From Candidatus Iainarchaeum sp. (GTDB lineage: Archaea; B1Sed10-29; WALL01): DNA of 64,000 bases. Below, piece by piece: positions 49,560 to 60,714 of this stretch. Numbering within the stretch: the first letter of the stretch is position 1; every line of letters starts with the position of its first letter. Under the pieces are notes generated by a model that saw nothing but the letters and a program-made list of their open reading frames with translations, had not been told where the DNA came from and made no database searches. The position numbers were made by a program, and so were the translations under genes. The stretch covers positions 1 through 64,000 of the forward strand of contig JAGGYF010000021.1 in NCBI GenBank assembly GCA_021162685.1, given 5' to 3'.

Positions 49560-50387
49560 TCACTCCCTTGCCTTTTTTGTTTTCATGCGGAGTATTGCAG
49601 CAATAAGTGCGCCAAATGCACTAAGCACAGACATGATGACAAATGCTAGAAGGGATACCATCATATTTACCTGGCTTGGATCCAAGAATTTTATTATTCT
49701 GAACAATGAAAGCATGCTTGCAATTGTGAAAACCACGAAGAAGAGAACGGGCATAAATGCTCCGTATATCAACTCTGGCAATACTGGGATTTCATAGTGT
49801 TCCTTTACACTAATAAAGATAGTACCAATAGCTATCAATAAAACAAATACATAAAATGTCCAGAAATAACTATGTAACTCAGGTGGTTTTTCTAAGAACT
49901 GAACATACTCTCCTTTTTGTAGTGAGAAGCCTCTAAATTCATCGCGGTTCCACCATCCCTTTGCCCCAAGTACTTCTTCATTATCCAATGCCTTAAAAAC
50001 AGCAACTGTTTTGTTAGGCAGACCAAGGATAGATGGATCAAGTCTTAGTTTTGTAAATGCCGCGCTTGCAATCCAATAGTTTAGATAAGTATACGAATAT
50101 GGAGTTACGGGTGGTGCTTCAATATCATTTGCCAATTGTTTTGCTCTATCTGCCACGGTCTTGTATTGCCTTGAGAGTTCTCCTTGATTTTCAGTATATG
50201 CTTGTGTTGCCTTAGCATTCATTAGTTCGGATATTTGGAGTAGGTCCTGTTTTACCTGATTGACCTGAGAAGAGTATTGAGCATGGAGAAAGACGCCATA
50301 TATACTGCCAATGAAAAAGAAGAGGGCTGAACCAATAAGTGCGGTCCTTACCAGGTCCTTAAAGCTGAAAAAATCACTTAGTTGCAT
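49560..50387 (-). CDS. hypothetical membrane protein
   Basis: N-terminal TM, soluble domain, three C-terminal TMs. Confidence 0.7.
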   Translation of the reverse strand: MQLSDFFSFKDLVRTALIGSALFFFIGSIYGVFLHAQYSSQVNQVKQDLLQISELMNAKATQAYTENQGELSRQYKTVADRAKQLANDIEAPPVTPYSYTYLNYWIASAAFTKLRLDPSILGLPNKTVAVFKALDNEEVLGAKGWWNRDEFRGFSLQKGEYVQFLEKPPELHSYFWTFYVFVLLIAIGTIFISVKEHYEIPVLPELIYGAFMPVLFFVVFTIASMLSLFRIIKFLDPSQVNMMVSLLAFVIMSVLSAFGALIAAILRMKTKKARE

Positions 50388-50432
50388 ATCTAGGCTAACG
50401 CAATGGTTTTTTATATACTTTGCTATTATTCA

Positions 50433-51674
50433 TCAGACAAACCAGTGTGGGATAAAAAGTACCCTTGTTTTGCCAAATTTTTTGATTCCAAAGTCTTTTT
50501 CCGCAAATACAATGGCTTTTTTCGGTTTGTAGGTATTCAAGAAACTCAAGAACCCCCTTCCGGGCTTCCCAAATGATTTGACCTCTATTGGCACAATTTC
50601 ATTTTTTCTCAACAGAATAAAGTCAACTTCCGCTTTTGCCGTTGTCCGCCAGTGTCTTATCTCTCCAAAGGATTTTATCTCGTTCAAAATAAAGTTCTCC
50701 AAGATCTTTCCCCTATCCGTTCTCTGATCTGGGAAATTGAAATTGTTTATAACAGCGTTTCTGAGTCCGATATCATAAACGTAAACTTTTCTGCTTTTTT
50801 TCAGTTCTGTAACTAAGTTTTTGTGAAATGGAGAAATAAGTTCAACAACATAGGTATTAATGAGTATGTTAAGATAGTTCTCAAAGGTTTTATAATCAAT
50901 TTTCAAATCATTTGCAACAGTAGAGGGCTCAATTAGATTCCCAATACTAAAACTGATGTACCTCATCAATTTTCTATATTTTTCAAGGTGTCGTACATTA
51001 AAAAAGAAAAAAACATCTTTTTCCAGATAGGTTCGGTAAAGGTTTTTTAATAGTTCCTTTTTTATCTCCTGGTCCTTTTCCTTCACTATTGCCGGAAATC
51101 CGCCAAACGTAACATATTCATCAAGTAGGGCCTTAAACTCTTTCTCAAAGCCTACCTCAATACTCACTTTTTGTCCATTCAAGAAACTAACTACGTTTTG
51201 TTTATTCTCGCAAAAGATTTTATGCAAATCCTTTGCTTTCCACATCAAAAATTCTTCAAAATTTAGTGGTAAAAGTTCAAAGTAAACTGCTCTTCCAACC
51301 AGATATTTTCCGATTTCAACCTTGACATCAAAAGATCCGGAACCAGTAATAAATACTTTCAAATTTGGGAATAGGTCATATAGGAGTTTTATATTTTTTC
51401 CTGCCTTTTTTGAATATTGTGCTTCATCAATAAACAGCTTTCTTTTTTCAGCAAATCTTTTAGCAAACAACTTTGGTGTTTCCTCAAATGTTCTAAGCAA
51501 ATCTTCGTCTTCTAAGGTTACATAACTTCCCCCAAGTTTGTTTTTTAGATGCAGGAATAGTGTAGTTTTTCCACTCTGCCTCGGTCCTTTGACTAAAATT
51601 GCCTCCCTTCTTTTCAGCCATTTCTCCATTTCTTTCTCTATAATTCTTGGATAATACTCCATAGATAATAGCAT
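50433..51674 (-). CDS. AAA_14 + DUF4143 ATPase
   Basis: GPRQSGKT, IDEAQ, GGFP, KVYVYD, EVDF..PIEVK motifs. Confidence 0.9.
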   Translation of the reverse strand: MLLSMEYYPRIIEKEMEKWLKRREAILVKGPRQSGKTTLFLHLKNKLGGSYVTLEDEDLLRTFEETPKLFAKRFAEKRKLFIDEAQYSKKAGKNIKLLYDLFPNLKVFITGSGSFDVKVEIGKYLVGRAVYFELLPLNFEEFLMWKAKDLHKIFCENKQNVVSFLNGQKVSIEVGFEKEFKALLDEYVTFGGFPAIVKEKDQEIKKELLKNLYRTYLEKDVFFFFNVRHLEKYRKLMRYISFSIGNLIEPSTVANDLKIDYKTFENYLNILINTYVVELISPFHKNLVTELKKSRKVYVYDIGLRNAVINNFNFPDQRTDRGKILENFILNEIKSFGEIRHWRTTAKAEVDFILLRKNEIVPIEVKSFGKPGRGFLSFLNTYKPKKAIVFAEKDFGIKKFGKTRVLFIPHWFV

Positions 51675-51729
51675 TATTTTTAGATATATTTAAATCTTTT
51701 GTTTGGACCATTTAAAAGGCAAAAGAGAC

Positions 51730-52347
51730 CTATTTTCCCAGTTTTGATTTGACCTTCTTCAATCTAAAGAAGTTTTCCCTGCCAAGCTCCTCTAGTCTAA
51801 ATTCAATATATTTTGCTGTATTTCGTAGGTTTACAAGGACTATGTATTCAAGCGCATTTACGCGCCTTTTTGTCTTTTTTATGTCCTCTGCAAGTATCTT
51901 GACCTTCTCCTCTGCCTCTGCTAATTCAATTGCCTGTTTCAGAATCTTCCTGAATGTTGAAACCGTCTCATCCAGAAGTACAGAGGAATCATATAACCCA
52001 TATTCTGGCATCGTTTTCTCCTCTTCTTCCATGTGTATTTTGGGAATTACAGCACCCATGATATTTGTAGTGGATGCAGTTATTGAGATACTCGGATTCA
52101 CTGCAAGACTTGCAGATTCAACTGCTATTTTTCCCATGACTGCTTCCAACTTGGCCAATGTTCTATACGCATTGTCTATGTTCTTCTCTAATTCCTCCCT
52201 TTTCTGTTTTGCATATCTCACACTATCAAAAAACTCCATGACCAACGCATCTCTCTTTTCCTTTAGTAGTGCATGTCCTTTCTCTGCTAACGCTATCTGT
52301 TTCCTTATCCTCAGCAATTCCATCCTTGTTGGCTTTACTGTTGCCAT
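51730..52347 (-). CDS. atpD: A-type ATP synthase subunit D
   Basis: PTRMEL, LLKEKRDAL, TKRRVNALE motifs. Confidence 0.96.
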   Translation of the reverse strand: MATVKPTRMELLRIRKQIALAEKGHALLKEKRDALVMEFFDSVRYAKQKREELEKNIDNAYRTLAKLEAVMGKIAVESASLAVNPSISITASTTNIMGAVIPKIHMEEEEKTMPEYGLYDSSVLLDETVSTFRKILKQAIELAEAEEKVKILAEDIKKTKRRVNALEYIVLVNLRNTAKYIEFRLEELGRENFFRLKKVKSKLGK

Positions 52348-52351
52348 AACA

Positions 52352-53725
52352 TCATGTCCTGTACTTTGGATGATACTTCTTTATGTGCGCTTCACTTATC
52401 CTCTTGAGCTCTTCCTCTGGTAGGTCTGCAAGGAGTTTCCAACCAATATCCAGTGTTGTTTCTATGCTCCTGTTCTCCTCATATCCCTGAGCAACAAACT
52501 CTTTCTCAAACCTATCCGCGAATATTAGGTATTTTTTGTCTCGTGGTGAAAGTGCTTCTTCTCCTATGACTGCAACCAGGTCACGTAAATTTCTTCCCTC
52601 TGCATATGCAGCATAAAGTTGATTACTGACACCTGAATGGTCTTCCCTTGTCTTTTTATGCCCAATGCCCTTGTTCATCAATCGTGATAGGCAAGGAAGC
52701 ACATCAATTGGAGGATATATGTTCTTCCTGTGCAAATCTCGCTTCAAAACAATTTGTCCTTCTGTAATATAACCAGTAAGGTCTGGTATAGGATGTGTGA
52801 TGTCGTCATCAGGCATTGTAACAATAGGCATCTGCGTAATGCTTCCTTTTCTTCCCTTTATCTTTCCTGCTCTCTCGTATATTGTTGCTAAGTCTGTGTA
52901 CATGTAACCAGGATACCCTCTTCTTCCAGGTACCTCCTCCCTCGCAGCAGCAATCTGTCTCAAACTCTCACAATAGTTTGTCATGTCTGTCAGTATAACC
53001 AAAACATGCATGTCCTTCTCAAATGCGAGATATTCTGCTGCTGTTAGTGCAACCCTGGGAGTAATAATTCTTTCAATCGCTGGGTCATCTGCAAGGTTCA
53101 GAAACATTGTAACCTTCTCAAGTGCCCCTGTTCTCTCAAAATCCCTCATGAAGAAACGTGCTTCTTCATAGGTAACACCCATTGCAGCAAATATGACTGA
53201 AAATTCCTCCTCTCTACCGAGTACTCTTGCCTGCCTTGCTATCTGTGCTGCAAGTTGGTTGTGGGGCAACCCAGAACCAGAGAATATAGGTAACTTCTGT
53301 CCCCTGACAAGCGTGTTCATGCCGTCTATGGCTGAAATACCTGTCTGGATAAAGTCCTCTGGATAGTCACGTGAAGAGGGATTTATCGGCTCTCCGTTTA
53401 TATCTCTCTTTTCATCAGGCACAATTGGGGGCCCATGTAAAGGATTTCCCTTTCCGTCAAAAATTCTACCAACCATCTCATCTGAAACAGCAATCTTCAT
53501 TGTTTCTCCTGTGAACCTTATGCGTGTTGATGAGGTATTAAGGCCAGATGTACTTTCAAATACCTGAACAACTGCTAACCCCTCTGATGTTTCAAGAACC
53601 TGGCCTGTTCTTATCTCTCCCCCTGGTCCCTCTATCTTAACTACCTCACCATATCCTGCTCTATCAACACCCTCAACAATAACTAATGGTCCTGTAATCT
53701 CCTTCACTGACATGTACTCTTTCAT
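52352..53725 (-). CDS. atpB: A-type ATP synthase subunit B
   Basis: [28 protein letters not shown] motifs. Confidence 0.98.
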   Translation of the reverse strand: MKEYMSVKEITGPLVIVEGVDRAGYGEVVKIEGPGGEIRTGQVLETSEGLAVVQVFESTSGLNTSSTRIRFTGETMKIAVSDEMVGRIFDGKGNPLHGPPIVPDEKRDINGEPINPSSRDYPEDFIQTGISAIDGMNTLVRGQKLPIFSGSGLPHNQLAAQIARQARVLGREEEFSVIFAAMGVTYEEARFFMRDFERTGALEKVTMFLNLADDPAIERIITPRVALTAAEYLAFEKDMHVLVILTDMTNYCESLRQIAAAREEVPGRRGYPGYMYTDLATIYERAGKIKGRKGSITQMPIVTMPDDDITHPIPDLTGYITEGQIVLKRDLHRKNIYPPIDVLPCLSRLMNKGIGHKKTREDHSGVSNQLYAAYAEGRNLRDLVAVIGEEALSPRDKKYLIFADRFEKEFVAQGYEENRSIETTLDIGWKLLADLPEEELKRISEAHIKKYHPKYRT

Positions 53726-55428
53726 TGTTTCACCCCCAATTGTTCTACAATATCATGCTCTATCTTCTTCACGTCTATCTCCTCTACATATTTCATTCGT
53801 GCTATTTCGGAGCGTACTGGCAACGTTGCAATTTCAGAGAGTGTTTTGTGTTTTATTGCCTCTTTTGCATGATGGACAAACATCATAATCAAGCGTAACA
53901 TATCAAACTGCTTCTTAGGTGAACAATACGCATCAACTTCGTGGAAAGCGTTTTGTTGGAGATAATCCTCTCTCAACATTCTGCCTGCCTCCAAAATAAC
54001 TTGGTCTTCTGGTGGCAATGCATCCGGCCCTACTAACTGAACGATTTCTTGTAACTCTGCCTCCTTCTGCAATATTACCATTGCCTCGTCTCTGAGTTTT
54101 CTCCATCCTGGCGAAACATGCTCATTATACCACTCTGTTACATTATCCAGATATAGTGAATAACTTGTAAGCCAGTTTATTGCTGGGAAGTGTCTCCTAT
54201 TTGCTAATGCTGCATCAAGCGCCCAGAACACTTTGGTTATACGTAGTGTGTTCTGAGTTACTGGTTCTGAGAAGTCACCGCCCGGAGGTGAAACTGCACC
54301 AACAAGTGAAACTGAACCAATTTCACCAGAAAATGCCTTTACTCTTCCTGCTCTCTCATAGAACTCTGCAAGTTTTGCTGCGAGATAAGCTGGATATCCT
54401 TCCTCACCAGGCATCTCCTCAAGTCTACCTGAAATCTCTCTCATTGCCTCTGCCCATCTGGATGTAGAGTCAGCAAGCATAGTAACGTCATATCCTTGGT
54501 CTCTATAATACTCACCAATTGTTACTCCTGTATACACTGATGCCTCTCTTGCAGCAACTGGCATGTTTGATGTATTTGCGATGAGCACTGTTCGTTCTAT
54601 AAGTTTATCTCCTGTTTTTGGATCAACAAGTTCTGGAAACTCCTGTAACACATCTGTCATCTCGTTGCCTCGCTCACCGCATCCTACAAAGATTATAACA
54701 TCTGCATCACACCATTTTGCTAACGAATGTTGTGTCACAGTTTTCCCTGCTCCAAATGGCCCTGGAATTGCTGCTGTTCCTCCCTTTGCAATGGGGAAGA
54801 ATGTGTCCAAAATTCTTTGTCCAGAGATAAGAGGGGTGTCAGGATCCAGTTTTTGTTCGTATGGTCTCTTTTTCCTAACTGGCCATTTGTGTGCCAGAAA
54901 AACCTCTTTTCCATCTATTGTTCCGATGGGGTCGCGGATAGAATACTTTCCTGACTTTATATCGCCTACTTTTCCAGCAAACGGAGCAAGAATCCTATGC
55001 TCAATTGTTTTTGATTCCTGGACTGTACCTAGAACTTGTCCTGCCTTTACCTTTGCGCCCTTCTTTACTTTTGCTTCAAATTCCCATTTTTTTCTTTCAT
55101 TTAGTGCAGGTACATCTATTCCCCTTGCAATGAAGTCTCCTGACTTCTGCTTCATTTTTTCTAATGGTCTTTGGATACCATCATAGATTGACTTCAAAAG
55201 ACCTGGTCCCAATTCTACGCATAGGGGTTCGTGCGTATCAACAACCTTCTCCCCTGGCTTTAGTCCAGAGGTTTCCTCATAAACTTGTATTGTTGCTTTA
55301 TCTCTAACTAAACCAATGATCTCACCTATAAGGTTTTCCTCACCAACCCTTACTACATCATATACCTTAGCGTCCTTCATGTCTTTTGCAATAACAACTG
55401 GTCCTGAAATTTTAGATATTACTCCCAT
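53722..55428 (-). CDS. atpA: A-type ATP synthase subunit A (no intein)
   Basis: [28 protein letters not shown] motifs. Confidence 0.98.
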   Translation of the reverse strand: MGVISKISGPVVIAKDMKDAKVYDVVRVGEENLIGEIIGLVRDKATIQVYEETSGLKPGEKVVDTHEPLCVELGPGLLKSIYDGIQRPLEKMKQKSGDFIARGIDVPALNERKKWEFEAKVKKGAKVKAGQVLGTVQESKTIEHRILAPFAGKVGDIKSGKYSIRDPIGTIDGKEVFLAHKWPVRKKRPYEQKLDPDTPLISGQRILDTFFPIAKGGTAAIPGPFGAGKTVTQHSLAKWCDADVIIFVGCGERGNEMTDVLQEFPELVDPKTGDKLIERTVLIANTSNMPVAAREASVYTGVTIGEYYRDQGYDVTMLADSTSRWAEAMREISGRLEEMPGEEGYPAYLAAKLAEFYERAGRVKAFSGEIGSVSLVGAVSPPGGDFSEPVTQNTLRITKVFWALDAALANRRHFPAINWLTSYSLYLDNVTEWYNEHVSPGWRKLRDEAMVILQKEAELQEIVQLVGPDALPPEDQVILEAGRMLREDYLQQNAFHEVDAYCSPKKQFDMLRLIMMFVHHAKEAIKHKTLSEIATLPVRSEIARMKYVEEIDVKKIEHDIVEQLGVKQ

Positions 55429-55432
55429 TTTT

Positions 55433-55729
55433 TCACCCCTTAACCTCAACATTAAATCCTATTGCTTCTTTCGTTATCTCATCAAGAATGTTCTGTCTTT
55501 CCTCGCCTGGTTTCTCAGGAAGAGGAATGACAATAGGGAATGTTCTCTTTCTCCTTGACTTCACAAAATTTTCTACCTCCTCATAGTATTGATATGTTGT
55601 GATTATGATGCCAGCATCCATATCTACATTATGAAGTGCATGTTCTTTAGTTTCGGCAATAACTCCTTCTATACCAGCTAACCTAAATCCAATAACAAAC
55701 CTTCTTGGTCCTATTGCCTGGATCTTCAT
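55433..55729 (-). CDS. atpF: A-type ATP synthase subunit F
   Basis: GFRLAGI motif; operon position. Confidence 0.9.
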   Translation of the reverse strand: MKIQAIGPRRFVIGFRLAGIEGVIAETKEHALHNVDMDAGIIITTYQYYEEVENFVKSRRKRTFPIVIPLPEKPGEERQNILDEITKEAIGFNVEVKG

Positions 55730-56850
55730 ATATTTATCACTTCCTCAATCTCTTTTTCTGAAAATCCCCCTGCTTTCATATGTATAATGGCTCGTATATT
55801 TGCAACCTCAACAGTTTTGGAATGTATATATGAGAGCAAAGGTCCAGCATTTAACATGTTTCCAAGTGCAATGCTCTTTATGAACCTCAATACCTCTTTG
55901 TTCAATGCTCTTTCATATGGTCTGAGTGAATGTGTCTTCTCTGCTTCTTGTCTAACAGAAGTTAATATCTCACCGTATTCTGTGTCCTCTAAAGACAACA
56001 CAACTGCATCTGGGTTCTCTGCATCAGCAATTGCATATAACTTCTTGTACAACCTACCTATTGGAATGAGCATCCCCCTTACAATGTCTGTTTGTGCACC
56101 AATCTTTTTCAACCTCAGCAATGTCATTATATTATAAACATCAATCAACTTTTCAAGATACTGCCTGAACACAGGTAAACGTGCATACCCTACTGTTGTT
56201 TCAAGCACCCACCTATCTAATGCGTTTTCTATGTAACCAACATTTTTTGTTCGTTTGTATTCCGGAAGTGCTTTTGCGATAACAGAAGAGAATTCTGAAT
56301 CTTGCAACTTTGAGAGCAGCTCATCCGTATCTGAAGAAGATGCATAATCCTGTAGTATCCTGTCTGTCTCATCCCATGGAACATATGTTGGCTCTTTCCC
56401 AGCATGCTTTGCTCTCAATATTTCCTTCAAATTTGAAACAAACCAGAACTCTTTCAGATAAAGAGATAATGGCTTCTCAACATCGTCTGGTGCCATTGAG
56501 AGTATTCTTTTGTACGTATCCAGAAGTGCCTTTTTTAATCCGATATCTATCCTCTCTGTCTTGACAATATACGGCTCGTATTCCGTTCTTTCAAGAATTG
56601 ATAAAACCTCAGATGCATCTCTTGTAGAGAGCATCTCAGAGTACTGGGTTTTGCTCAAAAGTTTCCCAGACATTGCATTTGCACGCGCATTTGGATATAC
56701 GTATTTTGCAATGCCTATGATGTACCAAATGATTGGCACAAAGATTGCAAGTAGCAAAACAAGAGAGAAAACTATAAGCAGAGCTAGGAAAACAACGGGG
56801 TCCTCAAACCCAAATGCTTGTGCTATTGGTAAGACGCTCTCAAAACTCAT
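55726..56850 (-). CDS. atpC: A-type ATP synthase subunit C with N-terminal TM extension
   Basis: YVYPNAR, EVANIRAI motifs; operon position. Confidence 0.88.
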   Translation of the reverse strand: MSFESVLPIAQAFGFEDPVVFLALLIVFSLVLLLAIFVPIIWYIIGIAKYVYPNARANAMSGKLLSKTQYSEMLSTRDASEVLSILERTEYEPYIVKTERIDIGLKKALLDTYKRILSMAPDDVEKPLSLYLKEFWFVSNLKEILRAKHAGKEPTYVPWDETDRILQDYASSSDTDELLSKLQDSEFSSVIAKALPEYKRTKNVGYIENALDRWVLETTVGYARLPVFRQYLEKLIDVYNIMTLLRLKKIGAQTDIVRGMLIPIGRLYKKLYAIADAENPDAVVLSLEDTEYGEILTSVRQEAEKTHSLRPYERALNKEVLRFIKSIALGNMLNAGPLLSYIHSKTVEVANIRAIIHMKAGGFSEKEIEEVINI

Positions 56851-57413
56851 CGTATCTCCTTTGTTATCAATTGCCTTATTGCATCCATATCTGTCTCAAT
56901 AACATTTGATAATGTGTTGTCTATCTTTACTCCTGAACGTGTTTCTATAATAACACCTGGCTCGTCTAGGTCATAGACCACTTCATACTTCATCTTCAAT
57001 GAATCATAAATCTCTTTATCCCTTTTATTGAGATGAATAATCACATCCTTTGTAGAAAGTTCTTTTACTGCTTCTTTTATCCTCTTCTCAAGAAATGCCT
57101 TGTATTTTTTCTTATCAAAAGTCCTCTTCTTTATACTATCTTTTACCTGCTTCATCACCTTATTAATTATCTTTTCTCTCTCCTCAAGATATTTCATCCT
57201 AACTCTTATCTCTGCATCAGCAATGATTCTACTTGTCTCAAACTCAATCTTTCTTTTGTTCTCCTCTTCTATCTTCTCCCTTTTCTGTTTTGCTTCTTTC
57301 TCTGCCTGCTTCATGATCTCCTCTGCTTTTTCCTTTGCTTCTCTGATGATACTCTCCTCTTCTGTCTTTGCCTTCTTTTCTATCTCATGCACAAGTTTTT
57401 CTATGCCTATCAT
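56847..57413 (-). CDS. atpE: A-type ATP synthase subunit E
   Basis: Charged coiled coil; GVII..IDNTL; operon position. Confidence 0.85.
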   Translation of the reverse strand: MIGIEKLVHEIEKKAKTEEESIIREAKEKAEEIMKQAEKEAKQKREKIEEENKRKIEFETSRIIADAEIRVRMKYLEEREKIINKVMKQVKDSIKKRTFDKKKYKAFLEKRIKEAVKELSTKDVIIHLNKRDKEIYDSLKMKYEVVYDLDEPGVIIETRSGVKIDNTLSNVIETDMDAIRQLITKEIR

Positions 57414-57417
57414 TGTA

Positions 57418-58383
57418 TCACCCTAACAGCCCCACTCCAAGCATTATAAGGATCGCAACAAGCAATCCAAGTATTGCAAATGTTTCTGGGATAACTGCAA
57501 GTACTAATCCCTTTCCTAATGAGGTGGGGTTTTTTGCGATGCCCATTATCCCACCAGACGCCACAATTCCTTGTCCAATGGCTGAAAGACCAGCAAATCC
57601 AATAGAGACCCCTGCTGCTATTGCTGCAAATCCTGCTACCTCACCAAGGTTTGTTGGCTTTCCAGAAATGATGCCAATGAAGAAGAGTATGAGTATTGCT
57701 ATGAGTAAACCATAGATTGCTTGTGTTTCTGGAAGGACGGAAAATGCCATTGCCTTTCCAAATAGTTCGCTCTTCTCTGATACTGCTCCAACACCTGAAG
57801 CAGCAGCAATTCCTTGTCCAATGGCTGAAAGACCAGCAACGCCAACTGCAATACCTGCTCCAATGGCTGCCAGTCCTGCAACATCACCAAGGTTTGTTGG
57901 CTCTCCAGAAATGATACCCATGAAGAAGAGTATGAGTATTGCTATGAGTAAACCATAGATTGCTTGTGTTTCTGGAAGGACAGAGAACACCATGGATTTT
58001 CCAAACATTTTGGAGTCACGTGCAGTTGCTCCTGCACCTGCTGCTGATGCTATTCCTTGTCCAATGGCTGAAAGACCAGCAACGCCAACTGCAATACCTG
58101 CTCCAATGGCTGCTAATGCCATTGGCAACGTTATCTCACGTGGTGCTCCGCCCAATATGCCAACACCCATCATAATCAAAACCGCAATAAGGAAGCCATA
58201 AAACCCTTGTGTCTGCGGAATTGCCTGGAAAATAATTGCTGTTGAGAACTTCTTTGGGTTCTCAGCAACAATACCTGCACCTGCAGCACCGGCAATACCT
58301 GCTCCAATACCTGCTGACAACCCCGCAATACCAACTGCAAGGGCAGCTCCAATAAGTGCAATCGCAACCTCAACTCCTATCAT
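57418..58383 (-). CDS. atpK: A-type ATP synthase proteolipid subunit K/c with four hairpins
   Basis: Four ~81-aa units ending PQTQ, PETQ, PETQ, PETF. Confidence 0.93.
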   Translation of the reverse strand: MIGVEVAIALIGAALAVGIAGLSAGIGAGIAGAAGAGIVAENPKKFSTAIIFQAIPQTQGFYGFLIAVLIMMGVGILGGAPREITLPMALAAIGAGIAVGVAGLSAIGQGIASAAGAGATARDSKMFGKSMVFSVLPETQAIYGLLIAILILFFMGIISGEPTNLGDVAGLAAIGAGIAVGVAGLSAIGQGIAAASGVGAVSEKSELFGKAMAFSVLPETQAIYGLLIAILILFFIGIISGKPTNLGEVAGFAAIAAGVSIGFAGLSAIGQGIVASGGIMGIAKNPTSLGKGLVLAVIPETFAILGLLVAILIMLGVGLLG

Positions 58384-60353
58384 TTTATCACCACATGTTT
58401 TGTTTTTATTGAAAACGGAGAAAAGAGCTCTCCACCGCTCTCGTAGAACTTACTAAAGAATTCAACATAATGCAATCTTAAAGAGTGAATAAATGAACCC
58501 AATGCATTCATCACAAAGTTAAATGTATGACCTGCTATGAAAACAATAATTCCTATAAGTATGCCAATGTAGGGGAGATCCCATACAATCTGTGTGAGTA
58601 TGTTCACTGTTAGTGCAATACCACCAGTTGCAAGTGCTAATGCCAGCAACCTAGAATACGACAAAACATCACCAAGCATGCCTGTCACATTCATCATACC
58701 TAATGCTTTTTCGTTATAGATGAATAATGCAAGAGCTAACAGCATCATGAGCATACCAAGATTTTGGAAGGGCGTCATAGCATACACTACTGCACCATAC
58801 ATAAGGAATAAGAAACTGAACTTATCAAGTAGTGCTTGTTTTAGATTTCCTTTTCTTATAAGCTCAAATGCACCTATCATAAGACCAACGGTTAGATGTA
58901 AAGCACCTACCACAAGTGCTGCCTCAAGTATGAGGATCGGGTTCTTAATAGGATCAAGTGTTTGTCCGAAGAGATTAAACGCCAAGGTATCAACATTGCT
59001 CCCTGTTAGTGCGTTATATGCCATCACACCAACAGTACCAAGATAGCCGCCAGTAAGCACGCCAAAGATAATTGTGAATAATCCTGCCCAAGTAAGTATA
59101 TATGCCAAATCCCTTATTGTGCCCTTTGTTTTGAGATATAACAACAATCCAAGTGCAGAAAGAATAATGCCATAAACAGTATCTGTCAGCATTAAACCAA
59201 AGTATATAAGGAACATTGGCGCGAGCATAGGTGTTGGATCAATCTCTCCATATTTTGGAGGGGCATACATGTTTGTGAGCATCTCAAATGGCTTTAATGG
59301 TTTTGGATTATCAAGAAGTACGGGCGGTTCTTCTCCTTCATCTGGTTTAAGTTTCCTTATCACTGCTTGTCCATCTGTCTCCTTCATTATCAAATGTTCA
59401 AATGCCTTGTATTTTTTTGAGGGAACCCATGCTTCTATGTATGTAGTGTAGTGTGTTCTACCAAACCATGTCCTTATCTCTGACCTCTCTACCTCCAATT
59501 CCAATACATCATATAACACATCCAATTCCTGCTCGTACCTCTTTGCAATACGGAGTATCTTCCCAATCACCTCTTTCCTCTTCTCCTCTAACTGCTTTAT
59601 CTCCTTCTTTATATGTTCTATCAGGTGTGATGGCTTTCCTTTCATATCTGGTATATCAATGTGTGAAAATCTCGCTATCCTCATTACCTTTTCAAACTCG
59701 CGTATGTCTTCCTTTAGTATAACGACAACTGCAAATGTCCTCTCCTCTTTTGCTGTTGTGTGTACAAAATAACCATGCTTTATGTGCTTATGCATTTCTT
59801 CCCTGAGCAATGATGGCTTCTCCACAAATCCAATGAACGTTTTTGTGTATTTCCCTTCCCTTAAAAATTCAAGGTCAATATCTAACGCAAGCGTCTCAAG
59901 AAGTTCAAGATTGGAACGTAGGTCATTTATCCTATCATCAATTTCCTCCATTTGTGCCTCAAGTGGTTTTGTTTTTTCTTCTATCGCATCAAGAAGGCGT
60001 GTTGCGTTCTTTACCTTCTCTTTAAGCTCCTTTTCTGTAACCACTACCCTCTTCTTATCCTCCACACCAATAAACTGGGCAATAATACTCTTCTCCTTTT
60101 TTGGCTTTGCACTATTGAACAGGTCAAGTATTCTCCGTGCCCTCAAAAGGTTCCTTGATATCTCTGGCCCCTCCTCTTTTAGTTCGTTTTTAACAAGCAA
60201 TGCTTTCAGTGGTCCAGATTTTATTTTATCCGATATGTCTACAATCTCACAATTAGAAAATGTGTGGAGTCTATCAACAACCCTATCGCAATGGTCCGAA
60301 CTTATTATCACTCCAACCTTCTGCATTGCTGCTGGTCTGAACATGTATTTCAC
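58380..60353 (-). CDS. atpI: A-type ATP synthase subunit I (a)
   Basis: EIDPT, LSYSRLLAL, LRLHYVEFF motifs. Confidence 0.96.
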   Translation of the reverse strand: MKYMFRPAAMQKVGVIISSDHCDRVVDRLHTFSNCEIVDISDKIKSGPLKALLVKNELKEEGPEISRNLLRARRILDLFNSAKPKKEKSIIAQFIGVEDKKRVVVTEKELKEKVKNATRLLDAIEEKTKPLEAQMEEIDDRINDLRSNLELLETLALDIDLEFLREGKYTKTFIGFVEKPSLLREEMHKHIKHGYFVHTTAKEERTFAVVVILKEDIREFEKVMRIARFSHIDIPDMKGKPSHLIEHIKKEIKQLEEKRKEVIGKILRIAKRYEQELDVLYDVLELEVERSEIRTWFGRTHYTTYIEAWVPSKKYKAFEHLIMKETDGQAVIRKLKPDEGEEPPVLLDNPKPLKPFEMLTNMYAPPKYGEIDPTPMLAPMFLIYFGLMLTDTVYGIILSALGLLLYLKTKGTIRDLAYILTWAGLFTIIFGVLTGGYLGTVGVMAYNALTGSNVDTLAFNLFGQTLDPIKNPILILEAALVVGALHLTVGLMIGAFELIRKGNLKQALLDKFSFLFLMYGAVVYAMTPFQNLGMLMMLLALALFIYNEKALGMMNVTGMLGDVLSYSRLLALALATGGIALTVNILTQIVWDLPYIGILIGIIVFIAGHTFNFVMNALGSFIHSLRLHYVEFFSKFYESGGELFSPFSIKTKHVVIK

Positions 60354-60670
60354 GATAGAATATGTAACAAAACCTTATTCACTGCTTTGGGGATCGCCTT
60401 CTGTGCTTTTGATTGCATGGACATGAGATTTTTGTTGCCTTTTTCTAGGATTTTCTGTGCTTGTGCTTCTGCCTTCTTCTTCTCAGAGACGAGGAGGGAT
60501 TCTGCGTCCTTTTTGGCCTTCTTCTCCTCTGCAAGAACATACTTTTCTGCATCCTTCTTGGCCTTCTCTACTATCCCCTCTGCCCTCTTTCTTGCCTGCT
60601 CTATACGTGCAAATGCCTGTTCCTCTGCCTTTTTAATGTGTTTCAAGGATTCAATTGCCAATCTGCCCAC
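60350..60670 (-). CDS. atpH: A-type ATP synthase subunit H/G
   Basis: IKKAEEQA..ARKRA coiled coil; first gene of the operon. Confidence 0.8.
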   Translation of the reverse strand: MGRLAIESLKHIKKAEEQAFARIEQARKRAEGIVEKAKKDAEKYVLAEEKKAKKDAESLLVSEKKKAEAQAQKILEKGNKNLMSMQSKAQKAIPKAVNKVLLHILS

Positions 60671-60714
60671 CCCAAAAATAGGGATTTAAATTATACACAC
60701 TCAGTTTAAAAAGG

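Noticed and set aside
17199-51674. Two AAA_14/DUF4143 ATPases as a possible novel defence system
   Set aside because: A very common, often multicopy family in archaea; no distinctive partners here
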